Assembly: GCF_018977255.1 (NCBI RefSeq)
Contig: NW_024704742.1
Span: 6,574,001-6,638,000 of the forward strand
From: Callorhinchus milii
Lineage: Eukaryota
Length of the DNA: 64,000 nt
Direction of reading: 5' to 3'
This document shows positions 25,150 to 38,606 of this stretch, piece by piece. The position numbers and the translations under genes are program-made. Positions within the stretch are counted from its first letter, which is position 1; each line of letters starts with the position of its first letter. The notes under the pieces are model-generated. The model saw only the letters and a list, made by a program, of their open reading frames with translations. It had not been told where the DNA came from and did not search any database.

Positions 25150-25470
25150 CCATTTAGATGTTGATCTGTGCTGAGTTATTTAATCTCCATCAGTGCAACA
25201 GTTGGACAATTGGTCTTCAGTCCCTTGTTTATAGAGGGGAACAAAGTCTATTTTGACATCTCTTGTGGCATACGTACAAATGTGGATGTTGGATGAGAAC
25301 AGGATTGGCTCAGTTATGCTGCCTCTGTGATCAAGAAGCCTGTCGTCACTCACTGTCAAGGCTCTCAAATAAATAACAACCACTTGGGAATGTCTAAGCA
25401 CCCGTGGGACCATGCCTCAGTAGAATGAGGGAACCTCAGGAAGGGAGAAAATTGGTAGAGGNAAAAAATG
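25150..25470 (+). mobile_element. Old SINE resembling AmnSINE2
   Basis: gatctgtgctgagtt...gtggatgttggatgagaacaggattggctcag...agcctgtcgtcactcactgtcaaggctc; A-rich end. Confidence 0.5.
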
Positions 25471-26004
25471 GTCTGGCTGTGGTTCATCTTTCGCAGCAGT
25501 AGGAAGAAAAATAATCCTTACATTTGATTTACTACCTTTCACATCAGGAGGATGTCTCAAAGCACTTCACAGGAGAAATAATAATGTCTAATGTAATGAC
25601 CGTGTATGAGGTAGGTCAAACTGGGAGCCAGTTTGCATAGAGCAATGCCTCATGACTAATTTTAGTTGGGGGGTTGTTGGCCAAGACACCAGGAGAAACT
25701 ATTTTTGAATAGTGCACTGAATGCACATTGCCAGTGCTAGTAACATTGCCCCCATGATCATCTCCAAACCGACTCCTTGAATTCAGCTCAGTTGAGCAAC
25801 CTGAACCCTAATCCACTATCAAGACATGTCTATTTCTATACTGGCTAGCATTTATTATCTTTAATGTCCACATGAACAGACACAGACAGGGCCTCAGTTT
25901 AATATCTTATCCAAAGGATGGCATCTCCACAATGCATCACACTACCAGCACTCAACTGAAGTGTTAACCGAGACTAGGAGTTCAATTTACCAACGTGAGG
26001 CTTG

Positions 26005-26165
26005 AACCCCATCACACCAGTCTTTGCCAGACTTCAGTGGCTCGCAATCGCTGAATGGATCAATTTCAAGATTCTCTCACTCATTTTCCAATCGCTTCAT
26101 TCCCTCGCGCCTCCCTACTTATCCGAGCTGCTTAAACCGCATCGCCTTCCTTTCACCTCAGGGAT
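26005..26165 (+). mobile_element. L2 ORF2 fragment abutting a minus-strand DeuSINE (about 25510-26005)
   Basis: ITPVFARLQWLAIAEWINFKILSLIFQSLHSLAPPYLSELL in ORF 26002-26199. Confidence 0.85.
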
Positions 26166-26286
26166 CTCGATCCCAATCCATGCCAGATTAATGATATGAA
26201 CATCTTCCTCTGACAATTCAAGCTTCCCTGAGTTAAGATAGACCTCAACCCAATTGCCACAAGTCAGGTTTTACAGCATAAAACAT

Positions 26287-26671
26287 AATAATAATCCTTG
26301 CATTTGACATAGCACTCTATCACTTCTTCGAGACGTCTGTATATATAATATATATATATACCTGTATATATGTAAGAATATACTGTAAAGTGAATTGATT
26401 GTATATTTTGTGGGTGAAAAGGAGCAGCCAATTGCATACAGTAGCGTCCCCACAAACAGTCGTTGATTGAAGTGACCAATTCATTATTTTTTTTGAAGGA
26501 ATTATTACCTCCAGAAAAGCGATCCACCAATCGACTAACAACCGGGTTCCTACGTACTGCTGGGTAAACAGAGACGTGTGGAGTAAGGAAACTTGCCCAA
26601 CATTTCGCCCTGCCGGGAATCGAACCCCGTTCTCTCACTTGTGAGGCGAGTGCTCTAACCACAAAGCTACA
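26287..26671 (-). mobile_element. Family A SINE, full length, with internal (TA)n expansion
   Basis: Head gggaatcgaacccc...gtgctctaaccac; tail taataataatccttgcatttg. Confidence 0.95.
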
Positions 26672-29424
26672 AATTGGACAATATCACTCAGGGACATAAT
26701 AAAGATAGCTAGTATGGGAAATAGATATGTCATACTAATGGATTAGGACTGAGACTTCTCAAGTGAGGTCAGATCAAGGAGGTATTGTTGAGACGATGTA
26801 GGGGGCAATGTTACCTTGCACTGAACTCCTGCATTACATGCTCAATGCTGATACCGGATGTAAAGACTGGGGAAATTGTTCATTCCCCAGCACTGCCATC
26901 CTTCACCTTGATGAATGCAAAATTACTATTTATTTTTCACCCTCTGATCTTAGTCATTCTGAAATTGAAGGAATTATTAACCCTTCGAGTATTGCGCTTC
27001 CTTTGCAGCTTTCAAAACATGCACGTTTTCTAACATCTGCAAAGACGATTTCCTGTCTGTTTGTACTGCTTATTATTAACCAATAAATTAGAAAGTATAC
27101 AGAACATTGTCAATGCACAGTACGATTTGATCAAAGAGCAAATATGTACATTTGCCTTGTAAATATAATGCGCAGTTATTAACCTGGAACTAGTATGTGA
27201 TGCTACAATAAAGTTATTACAGTGTAAACACCAAATTGGATTGATGCATTAACAGAAAAAGCAGGAAAGGGCAAAATATATACGGACTCCAAACATATAT
27301 AATATAATAATCGTTCTGTCGAGATATCTCAAACAATAATAATAATAATCATCCTTGCATTTAATATAGCGCCTTATCACGTCTTCAAAATGTTTCAAAA
27401 CGCGTCACAGAATATATTGTAAAGTGCAGTGACTGCAAATGTGGCAGCCAATATTGTCACAGTATTGTCCTATAAACAGCCACGGAGTGAACAACCAATT
27501 GTATTATCGGGATCATTGGCCAAAGATAACTCCCAAACATTTTCTCACCCCTTGCAATTTCTAACTGTTTCTTGCGGTGGCATTCAATCGCCATGCATTC
27601 TGCTACCTGCCTTACACTTAGACCTGGCTCTTCAGTATAAAATTGATGCCACCTCCAGTATGACACTGGGTTTAATTCATGCCCTGATCCACAGTCACGT
27701 CTGTCTCTTGCTTCTTGATCTTCAGATTCATTGATGTTTGTTTCAGCATTGGAGTCTGCCAACTCCGGTCGTTTGCACATGTTTTGTCTCCTCCGCCCCA
27801 ACATCGGTGGCCGTGCTTTCAACCACTCAACCACTACAGTATATTCTGTGAAGCGCTTTGAGACGTCTCGGAGACGTGATTAGGCGCTATATCAAATGCA
27901 AGGATTACTATTATTAATACAATACACATTTAAATAGCCCCTTTCATATCTGAAGGACATGTCAAAGTGTTTGGTTGTGCTGGATGGACACCTGAGCCGA
28001 GAAATACTGGGGCTGATGTCCCCACAGAACGTTTATTCATCTCAGTTTGTACCTGGAGGTTGGAATTGAAATTCAAAACATTTTAACAGATTCTTTATCT
28101 TTATGATATTTAGATATACAATCTTAAGATAGCCTCCAAAATAGTTAGCAGCCGAATACGTGTCCAGATTTCTTTTTCTTTTTAGCCATCTTTCTCTTTC
28201 CTGCATACCTTTTGCCCTTTCCACTTTCACTCTCATCTGTACTTTCTCTGAGGTTTACAAGATACTGAGTGAACATTATATTGTCAGGCTAAAAGGTATT
28301 GCTTGTGTAACCAGCATGTCTGTGAAGTATCATGTGGGATACTGTGTGCTTGTATCAAATTGCCTGATATAAGTGTGTACCAACTACAGCGAGACAAAAC
28401 AGAAAATCCAATGATAAGCTCAATCCCATTCAGCACTGTCCATCAATGTCAACACACTTGGAAGTGCAACATACGCTTGTGGCTGTAAACCAAGGTCTTA
28501 GAATTCTGATAGAACTTCAATAATTTGCCAAATTCTGGACACTACAATGTTACACAAAGAGAGTAAATCAAATCCAGGTGGAATTTCTTTCCTATGATCT
28601 TAATGTAAATGGAGAGTATTTTTGTGTGGTGGGAGGGTAATAATAATAATAATAATCCTTGCATTTCATAAAGCGCCTTATCACGTCAAAATGTCTCAAA
28701 GCGTTTCACAACATTTTCTGTAAAGTACAGTGATTGTAATAAACATTATAGTATCAGGGCTGTATTATCAATATCATTGTATTAACTCTCATGATAGTAT
28801 AGTTTATCAAGCCTGTATTAACCAGGATGATTGCATTAACTATCAAGGCTCATTTCACTATCAAATCTGTATTGCAAATTAGGCAAGAATCCAAACCACA
28901 TGAGAGTCTTAAATGTGCTCTATTCATGCTCCAGGACCCCCCTCAAAAATATTATGCACAATTTCCCAAGAGGTTCTGCTTGAATGGCACAAAACCATTT
29001 TTATGTGCACATAATTAAAGCTGGCGACTTGTTTCTACAGGAATTCAATCATTTCCTTTGATTTAATTAGTTTAAATATCATGAACTCAGCTGTGACCCA
29101 GCAGTTGTACTCCAAACTATTGGGGTTGTAAATGGTGAAAGTCATTAATTCCAAATGTTAAGTAATTTAATTACGTTTCACCACCTCCTGCTTACAGATA
29201 AAGCTGTATTCTCCTCAGTGGCCACATAATCCATTACTGATGCCTCTTGGATGTATTTTAGTTCCATGTTTTTGACTTACAATTGTTGGGTAGAAGTGAC
29301 TTGGGGAAAAATATTTTTGTGTTAAAACGTCATTGCTGTGGCATCACAATTCATGATACCATCCCACCTTTTCACATGTGATCGAGGCTAATTTATGATA
29401 TTCATAAACAATAATCGCTTAGGG

Positions 29425-29780
29425 GTTAGAACAAACGCCTCGCAAGCGATAGAAACTGGGTTCAGTTCCCGGCAGGGTGAAACGTTGGACAAGTTTCCTT
29501 ACTCCACAAGCTTCTGTTCACCTAGCAGCAAATAGGAACCCGGTTGTTACTTGATTGACGGATCGTATTTCCAGGGATAATCATTCCTTCAAAAAAAGTT
29601 ATTAATAATAATAGTTTGATCACTCACTGATTGTGGGACACTGCTGTGCGCAATTGGCTTCTGCATTTCACCCACAAATATACAGTCAATTTACTTTACA
29701 GTACATTGTGTGAAGCGATTTTAGGCGTCTCGAAGATTTGGTAAGGCGCTCTATTAAATGCAAGGATTATTATTATTAAT
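29425..29780 (+). mobile_element. Family A SINE
   Basis: Colinear with 20711-21080. Confidence 0.92.
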
Positions 29781-30220
29781 AATACAATACACATTTAAAT
29801 AGCACCTTTCATATCTGAAGGACATGTCAAAATGTTTTGCGGTGCTGGATGGGCACCTGAGCGTAGGGTGGGAGCCAAGAAGGATCGGGGAGGGAAAAGA
29901 TGACCAAAAGCACAAAGAGGTAGGTCTTGAATGGACCTTGAATGACGGAGGAGGTCAGAGAGACTCCAGGATTGAATTCCAGAGCCTGGGGACAGAATGG
30001 CTGAATCAGGCTAGGGGTCACTGTGCAAAGGAAGTGGCCAGGATGATGTGGTTAAAGGAGATCACAGAGTTAGGGTGGGATGAGGCCATACAGTGATTTG
30101 AATGTGAAAACAATTCAATCCACTGCAGGATGGGAAGCCAATAGAACAAAGAGAGGATAGGATCACTGAGTCTAGTGCAGGAGAGGACATGTTGCTCTGC
30201 AGCTTTTGGAATTCTCAAAT
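29781..30220 (-). mobile_element. L2 LINE 3' fragment, tail-to-tail with the SINE
   Basis: ORF 30018-30218 PILSLFYWLPILQWIE resembles the L2 HWLP motif; reverse-complemented L2 tail at 29781. Confidence 0.75.
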
Positions 30221-32164
30221 AGCCAATTTACAAGTTAGCCAGCTTTCAATATTCCCAACAGAGAACATTGACTATTAGTTATATTGGAAATCATATTACA
30301 AATTATATCCCAATGTCCTGTACACACCTGTCTATTCTTAGACTGCATCTAACAGACATTTTTGCAATAAAAGGGAAGCTAGCTGATCACAAACTGAATG
30401 CTTTCAGTATTATCACATGGTTCATTAACTTAGCTATAAGTCACAATGGTAAGACACTCGAGTCAAAGAGGTGTTTTTGCCCCTTGTTTTGCCAACAGAT
30501 ACCCTCCATAAGCTAATGAGGAGCAAGATTCTGTGAATGAGACCACTCGGCCCAGACGCACAAGTGGTGAAAGAGTAGACAGGAAACGAAAGATTACAGC
30601 AGCAATACCAGGTTTGATTAGTTGCTTTGTGTCATAGCTACCTTTTAACTCTGTAACTGTTTAAAGTTAAGCTGCTGTAATTTGAACAAGATGGGACCAG
30701 CACAGGACTGGACGTGTAAAGAACTGTATATTGGGAGGTGAGTTTATTCTGAGAGGGTATGGTTGTGAAAGGGGTATGGTTCCAATAGGGGCAAACGGAT
30801 ACATTTCCTGTGTCTGCACTTTTGACTCCATCTGTTATTTGAACCTGATTTCAATGACTTACTCCTTGAGGGAGTAAGTGTCAGGGGGGACACAACAGTG
30901 TGTTAAATAACATGGTTAAACTTTCACTACGTAAATCGCCAGAAAAATATATAATTACTCCTAAACTTCTTTAAACGTAAAGGCAGAATAAATTGACCTG
31001 GTCAACATAAAAATCTAAATGATATCTTATCAATAACTATGGCATGTAGAACATAAAACTTAGCAGTGTACCAAACTTATCCCGTTGGAAGTTGTAGATC
31101 ATTCAGACAGAAAACGGAGACTGATGGTACTGCACATATTCTCCATTTCTTTAGTCTGCATAGATCTGAGAAGATTGACTACAAATAGACAATCCCTATA
31201 CTTTACATGCAGAAACTTTGTGAAGCACTTTCAGATCTTTTCAACCTTACAAGCACTACATCAAATCAAGGATTATTATTAAATTAGACAAAGTGGATGC
31301 CATTTCAGTTATAACCATTAGTGCTCCTATTAATCTCACATATAATCTACTCTGTTACAGTGGACCTACAGGTTACCCACTTTAAAGCATAGACACACTG
31401 GAGTCAGCATAGAAACTTATAGGAACCAGTTGTGAGCAAATTATCAACCTTTAGTTTGGATGCACTCTAATTGTTGTATCCAGGCAAGGAATTCTTTGAT
31501 GTTGTGTTGGGTTTAGTCATCCGAGTTGGGACATTGCGCTTCTAAGTTTTCCATTAAAACTTTCTATAATGGTCCTCACACAGGTAAACGTCTTAAAGAT
31601 TAAATCTCAGCCAGTGTTCTGGAAATGTTTTCTTCTTATCTCTTTTCTTATACTCAATAACAATTTACTTTGCTCTCTGCGTGTGTGTGGTTTAGCAAGA
31701 CATACTTAACTAATTAAAATTCTATAAGTTGACTGTTCAAATCGTAGAAGGAGCCACAGTGCCAGGTCAGAGTCCCAGATGGTAACTGTGAGCTTTGATC
31801 ATTCTAACCACATCTGCACTGAATTCTGTCAACCTCAGTCTCATTTGATGCCTCTTGGAAACAGAGCAGCCTCTTGGATGAGGATGGACAAGTGTTCCAG
31901 TAGCTGAAGGTTTTCCTGTTGCCAAACCATTGCGTTGGATTGCTATTGCTGACCCACAAAGTCAGTGTATATCATAATGTGAGCGCAATTGGCTGCCATG
32001 TTGGACCTGCAAAATACATAGTCAATCCACTTTACAATATATTCTGTGAAGCACTTCGAGACATCTCAATGACATGATAAGGCATATCAAATGCAAGGAT
32101 TATTATTATTACTATTATAACCATCTTGCATTTGATATAGTGCCTTAATAATAACAATAATATT

Positions 32165-32403
32165 ATTATTACTTAATAATAATAATCCTTGTATTTCATA
32201 TAATGATCTAACATGTTGACAGACACGACACAGAATTTTCTTAAAGTGTAGTGATTGTATTTTGTAGGCAAATGCAGCATCAATATCATTGATCATTTTT
32301 TAGGAAGGATTTTAGGAAGGCCACGAAAATTCAGTGTTGTGTCTGTCAACATGGTAGATCATTATATGAAATGCAAGGATTGTCATTATTATTTAGTGAT
32401 AAT
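32165..32403. repeat. Inverted duplication: ~76-bp arms (32165-32240, 32325-32403), 84-bp spacer
   Basis: aatccttgtatttcatataatgatctaacatgttgacagacacgacacagaattttc matches the reverse complement of 32325-32381 with about 4 mismatches. Confidence 0.92.
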
Positions 32404-35400
32404 CCTTCCTCTTTTCAATTAGTGCCATGGGATCTTTAATGTCTACCTGACTAGGCAGAATGGAACTTGGTTTAATGTCTTATCCAAAGATGGCTCCTTC
32501 AGCATTGCATTAGAGTACTTGGGGAATTGTTGGCCAGGAAATCGGAAGGAACTCCCTTCTTTATTCAAATAGTGCCAATCCCGGTAGCAGTCAAAATACT
32601 CAACAAAGAAGAGCTGAGTGTGGGAACAAGTGCAAGCAACCTCAAGGAAAGAGAGACCTACTACAATCAACGTGGACCGATGAACATTAACAAGTCGATT
32701 CCTCCATCAAATCCACTGTATTGATCCAATCAACCCATTGCAATGAACTTTACTAACCTGTCATAAGAATTAATTTGATTTGATGAAACGTATAATTTTG
32801 ATTATGCATAATCTTTCTAATCTTTATTAAAAATGTACCAATTGAAGCAAACTGAGAGTTTGTGTCAGTTCGTACCTTACTGCAGAGTCACAAATTTAAT
32901 CAAAACTTACAGTTACCAACAATTAAGCTAGGCTGACATACATCGTGGACTTATTGACCACATTTATCAGTGATGCACTAATTATTTCCAGTGATTATTG
33001 ATAATTGAAAGATCACAAATCACAATTTATCTATCTATCACCTACAGTTATCCCCCTGATTTATTTCTGCTTCACCATCCCTTCAAACTGTTGCTCTGTG
33101 CCTCTACCAGAGCTGAACTAATACGCAGTAAAAGCTAATGGAGCTCAAACTGTGCTGCAGTCTGCATCTTCATCTGTGTGGTCATAAAGGCATTTTGGTG
33201 GCATTAATGATGTGTGAAACAAGTCAAGCAATTTGTGTAACTTAAGGTATCCAGTGGAATGCATTAATTTAAATTTAACAGTTAGGTAATCTGAAATGAA
33301 CCGCTTGACATTTATTAAAGGTTGCAGCTCACAGCACCTGACAGTTAATGCAGAAAAGATTATGCTAAACCAAGAGTAATACATGCTTCAGAGACCAGAA
33401 ATCCATAGTTTCCCATAATAATTTATTGACGAAAAGAGGAAAGTAATAGCCTTTAATAATCAAAGAGCTTCAACTGCTGCCCATCAGGCAACCCTGAACA
33501 GAAATCAAAATACAGTATTACAAATTTCCAAAATGATAAGGGAAAAGGATATAGGTAATGCTCAATAAAAATGGAGACAAGGGTAGATACTGCTACTGAT
33601 AAGATAACAGTGGAGAACTCAAATCCATTATCATTCCAAAATAAATGTTCAAAACACTATTGAATATGTGTAGTGAGCTTGGAAAGCTGTGCTACACATT
33701 CCACTCTGACGTTTGGTGTCACATATGAATCATTGTTATTTCATGTGTCCTTATTCTGCAGTCTATGCATGCAGATCACAAAATAGCTGTCAATGCTTTA
33801 GGTATTATAAGTGTCTTACCTTGTATAAATCAGGCAAACAGATGTACATGTTACAATTTCCATTGATGTCATAATTGGTAACAACCCTTTAAGTCAACTC
33901 GATGATATAATGCTGTCACCGTAGTAATTTGAAAATCAGGATTTGCTTAGAAATCCTAAAAAAGATCCCTTTGAGGTTCCATCATAGTAAATTTTAATGA
34001 CTCCCTATCGTTCTATAAATCACATCAGATTTATACTTAGTTGAAAATATATGGGCAACTCTTAACAAACCGTTTAATACAACACAGTGAGAGGTATCAA
34101 ACCCTATTTCAATTATTACTTATAGCACATGTATTTAACATTGATAAATGCATGAGAAACTGACCCTATTGCTTATTTTAATCAGACCTGTCCCACCCTC
34201 CAATAAGTAGTTTAATTTGTGTTTTAGCCATCTCATGCTAATATACTACAGCTGGGTAAAACTCAGTGCAAAAAATATAGGCTTGTAGTAATCATGGTAA
34301 GTGTAGCGTTACTGCAAGTGGAAACATACCACTCTACAGTATAAGCATATGGCCACATTCTGCTGCAGAGGCCAATTCCAGCTGCATCTTTGCTGATGTG
34401 ACTTTGGCTCCTATATCCATTTCCAAGCTCAGTCATCCAGCTTAAGCTGTTTTGCCATTGCCAGTCAGTTTAAACACTGGTATTGAACAACAAACAAGAA
34501 TAAAATCACAGGGTGTTAAAGATAAGGCTAATTCTTCTGATCATTTTCTCTTTTTTAAATTGTGATGATGTTACTCATCCCTTACAATTTGGATAAGCTC
34601 CTTGTTTAATTGAAAGCTTGCAAGAAGTTGGAATACTGTATTATACCTTATTGACTTTGAAAGATGCAGTTTAAACTTTAGTTTGTATTACTATTTTTTC
34701 AACAAGCTTTATTATATACAATACATATAGCAATTTATTATAATACACATATTATTTATAATATTCCTATATTCTCTATTTATTTATTATTACGTTTGAA
34801 CAAGCTTTGCTAATCTCTATATAGGAGTGCTGAATTCGATGACTCTAGCGAGAGGAAAGGCAAGAACTTTCTCCCAAAGATATACCTGCATGTGGGTCAT
34901 TGTGTAGTGGTAATGGTGGCAGTGAAGTGGTGATCTAACATATGGAGCGGAGAATGTTGAATGTTTTGACTCATTTACGTTTGATTCAAGCCTTTGTATT
35001 CAGTGTAAAACTATTATTTCCCATTCCTATTTATTTCTGTTGAAATGCCCTCAGTTGCAAGGAGTTGTAGGAAGGAGCACTATATAAGCAACTGTGAAAA
35101 GAAATATTTGCCTATCACTTTGCAGAAGCTGGAGTAGGCACACGCATACTAAATCCAGAACATCTGATTATTGTTGAGTTTGGATCTGATGGAGACATAT
35201 ATAGCTGGTCATTTTGTTGATTAATAAAAATAAAATAATAACAATCCTTACATTTGGTATAGCGCCTTTCACGTCAGGAAGATGTCCCAAAGCACTTCAC
35301 AAGATGAACTGTAAGGTGCAGTGAATGTGTTTTGTGGATGAATGTAATTGAAGAATGTGATTGAAGTATTTTCAAGAAGCCACAAATAACAAATCTGGAA

Positions 35401-35786
35401 TTCTGGAATAGATCTATCAAATGTGGTCTATATAGGTTCAAATGATACAGGTCTTTCAAAGGCTATTTTTCTCCTTTAAATATGTTCTGAATAGGATGTA
35501 TTCTGTTGCTTTGTTTTAATTTTCTACTCCCACTATTAAAAACAAATTAGTTTCGGCATTTTGTCAGATTTGGGCTTTCAATGGCAGTTCTGTGAAAGCA
35601 GCTTCAGTTTTAAAACAATTATATTCCAGAGGAGAAGGGGTGGGATAAAGTCAAGCTTGCTTGTGCGAAGAAGCAAGGAAGTACAACATCTGAACAATGA
35701 TCCAGCATCAGAGGAAGAATGTGCAGCTGAAATTTGAACAGACTATTTCCACTAGAGCCTTTGCACAGGGGAACTATCATGCTCGC

Positions 35787-35891
35787 AAGGTCTGTCGAAA
35801 GGTCATTGACCTGAAACCTTAACTCACTTTCCTCTCTCTACAGATGCTGCCTGACCTGCTGAGCGTTCCCAGTGTCTTCTGTTTTTATTTC
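35787..35891 (+). mobile_element. Penelope-type terminal fragment with a mutated minimal type I hammerhead motif
   Basis: CTGTCGA-a-AGGTC-att-GACCT-GAAA-cc-TTA followed by cagatgctgcctgacctgctgag, a PLE-derived repeat I recall as common in chondrichthyans. Confidence 0.7.
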
Positions 35892-37794
35892 ACTGCAGAG
35901 GTTGGTTGGAATGTGCAATCCTGTACTATACCCTGCAGCTGCAGCATAGCTTATCATTTCTGTTGGTGAAAAATTAGATACAAGCTCGAAGAGGATGATT
36001 GAAACAAAGGGTGAGGAGCAACCACGAAACCATGTCTTGAAAAAAACAGTAATAATCTTGCATAAAGATGAATTACCTGTTCACTTGCTGTCATGAGAAT
36101 TACAATTCAGCATAACATGCAAGTACATATTTCCACATGATGATGATGTTGTCAAAGAACAGAGATGCATCAAATGACTGATAGACTGGTTGTATGTGAG
36201 GACACAAATACCATATAATTCAAACTAATTGGTTCAGGGCATTGTCAATGTTGGGAGGATGGTCAGGTGGGTATTCTGGAAAGATGGCCCTCTTCATCCG
36301 AACTAAAGTTGTGATCTTATGTAACCAGAGAAATTGAATATTGAATGGTTGTGATTATTTTTTTGGGTGAAAATGTCTTTAAATGCTCTCTCTCTGTTGG
36401 AAACCCCTATCTCTCAGGTGGATTCTATTGGGGGAGGTGGGGGTTGGGGGGTTGTACATCAGTTCTGCTAGATACGGTTTGTCTCAGTTATGGAGAGATT
36501 TATTTGCTCACATTCCCGAGGCATCTGTCTAGCCAGAGAGATTGCAAGAGAGCAATTCCCCCTGCCATCGCTTTGCAACGAGAGATGGACTTTTGGCCAG
36601 GTTTCAGTAGTTAAACTTCAGTAAATGCATTAAAATAATCAGACAGACTGCATTGAAATACTTGGGAGTCCCACAGGATGACAGCATAGTATATACTGTA
36701 CTGTTTTCGGCAGTTAAGCCTGTAGCAGACTACTGCCAGGGGACCTGACCTTCCAAACCATTGCTTTACATTATTCGGAATTTCCCTACAAAAGTACTTA
36801 TGGATTCCTTCCCACATTCACCTTGCATAATCCTTTTATTAGGCCTCAGTACCAGTTCCTGGGATTTCCTGATAGGAAGGTAGAAAATCAGAAACAGCAG
36901 AAAGCCATTCCCTATCAATCCATCGAGCTTGCTCTGTCACAAACCATTCCATGGTCCATCTACTGCAACCTCCCCTATTTTCATCTTCCCACATAATCCC
37001 TTAATATTTCTATTAGTGCTGGTGTAGTGTGTGTTAAAATACAAGAGAATCATGTGTTCAAAATCCTCCACACAGTAAATCCACTGTGCATCTACTGAAG
37101 GTCTCATCGCCAGATCTCCATCAGATTATTCACTGCTACAGGATTGCTTTCCCAATGATCAGTGCTTTAAAAATATCTCAAGTCTCATGGGCTGCTCAGT
37201 GAAACTTCCCCCAAGAAAAATTCCTCCTATGGCCTTTTTGACCATACAAATATATACTCACTTGTTCTCGGATTGTCTTCTGAATAAAACCAAATGGGGG
37301 CTATTTCTCATGTCAGTCACCAGGATCATTTAGAAAGAAATTTGAGACTGAATAGGCCTGAATTCTGAACGTTGGAGAAGTTTGTATTTCCATTCAGCTG
37401 TGCGTGCTGCCTATGGTTTGATAAATTTACCATTAATACTACATCACCTTAGAGAGGCACAGGAATTAAAAGTGGAGAGCCTGACACTTCAGCTTTGCTG
37501 CCGTTTTTAATCGAAGTGCTACCGCATATGAAGGTTGCTAAATAATAAATCTTGCATTTGATATAGCACCTTATCACATTGTTGAAACATCTCAACGCAT
37601 GTCACAGAAAATACTGTAACGTGGAAGATTGGCTATGTATTTTGTGGGCAAAACGCGCAGCCAATGATGCACAGTAGTGTCCTACAAACAGCCGTGGATT
37701 GAGTGGCCGCATTTCTTTATAACAACAACAACCAGCATTTATATAGCGCCCTTCACAGAGGGTAGCATCCCAGAGCACTTGTTACCTCCGAACG

Positions 37795-37974
37795 ATTATT
37801 ACCCCCGGAAAGCGACCCGCCAATCGACTAGCAATCAGGTTCCTACTTCCTGCTATGTAACCAGAGGCCTGTGAAATAAGAAAACTTTCTTGAGGTTTCA
37901 CCCTGCCCTGGGAATTGAACCTGAGTCCTTTTGCATGTGAAGTGAGCACACTAACCACTCTGCTAAGGGACTCC
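37795..37974 (-). mobile_element. Family A SINE, 5' half
   Basis: gggaattgaacctgagtcc...ctaaccactctgctaagggactcc. Confidence 0.85.
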
Positions 37975-38606
37975 AATATAATTGCATCTTATCGTTGTTG
38001 TACATTTGTAAAACCCTGGGGACTTCTGACATGGTGATGTGGTAATAGACATCCACTACACCACAGTAGACAGATACACCAAGCACCTATATTTTTACAG
38101 TACGATACAATTTACATTTGTACAGAGCCATTCATTTTTAGAGCATGTCTCAAAGTGCTTGATGCTGTTGGCTGGCTACCAGCCATTTATCATTTGCTCT
38201 GAATTGCAGGTGTACATTTGTCACAGTGTTTTTGCGCACAACATATACACAGTCGCTGTATTTTACTGTAACCATCCTCCCAACATGAAAAGCATTATAC
38301 CAAATTTTAAGGATTTCATAATAATAAAAATAATCTATAATAATCTAAATTATTTATTATTTTATTTATCGTTGTCAGTATAAATGTTGGTTTAGTTCAT
38401 TCAATGTTAAAAAAAAATCATCGATTCATTTAAAAGTCACAGCAGTTTTAATGAACTGAATAGTCTACTCCCTGTCGTGTATTCCTAGTTTGCACTGCAT
38501 ACAACTTCTATGAATATTAACAACTTCTATAGTGCTTCGATAGCATTTACATAGCTCTCTTCACATAGGGTCATGTCTTTGAGTGCTTAACAATCAGCAG
38601 ACATGT

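Noticed and set aside
33820..33955. Minus-strand 136-nt exon with good splice sites
   Set aside because: Stops in all three frames and no other support
37262..37279. Resemblance of the 18-nt candidate to a neurexin-1 splice-site-1 microexon (EDNNVE)
   Set aside because: Only the first few bases match my recollection, and the neighbouring GLAHLMMGDQ exon is not found downstream
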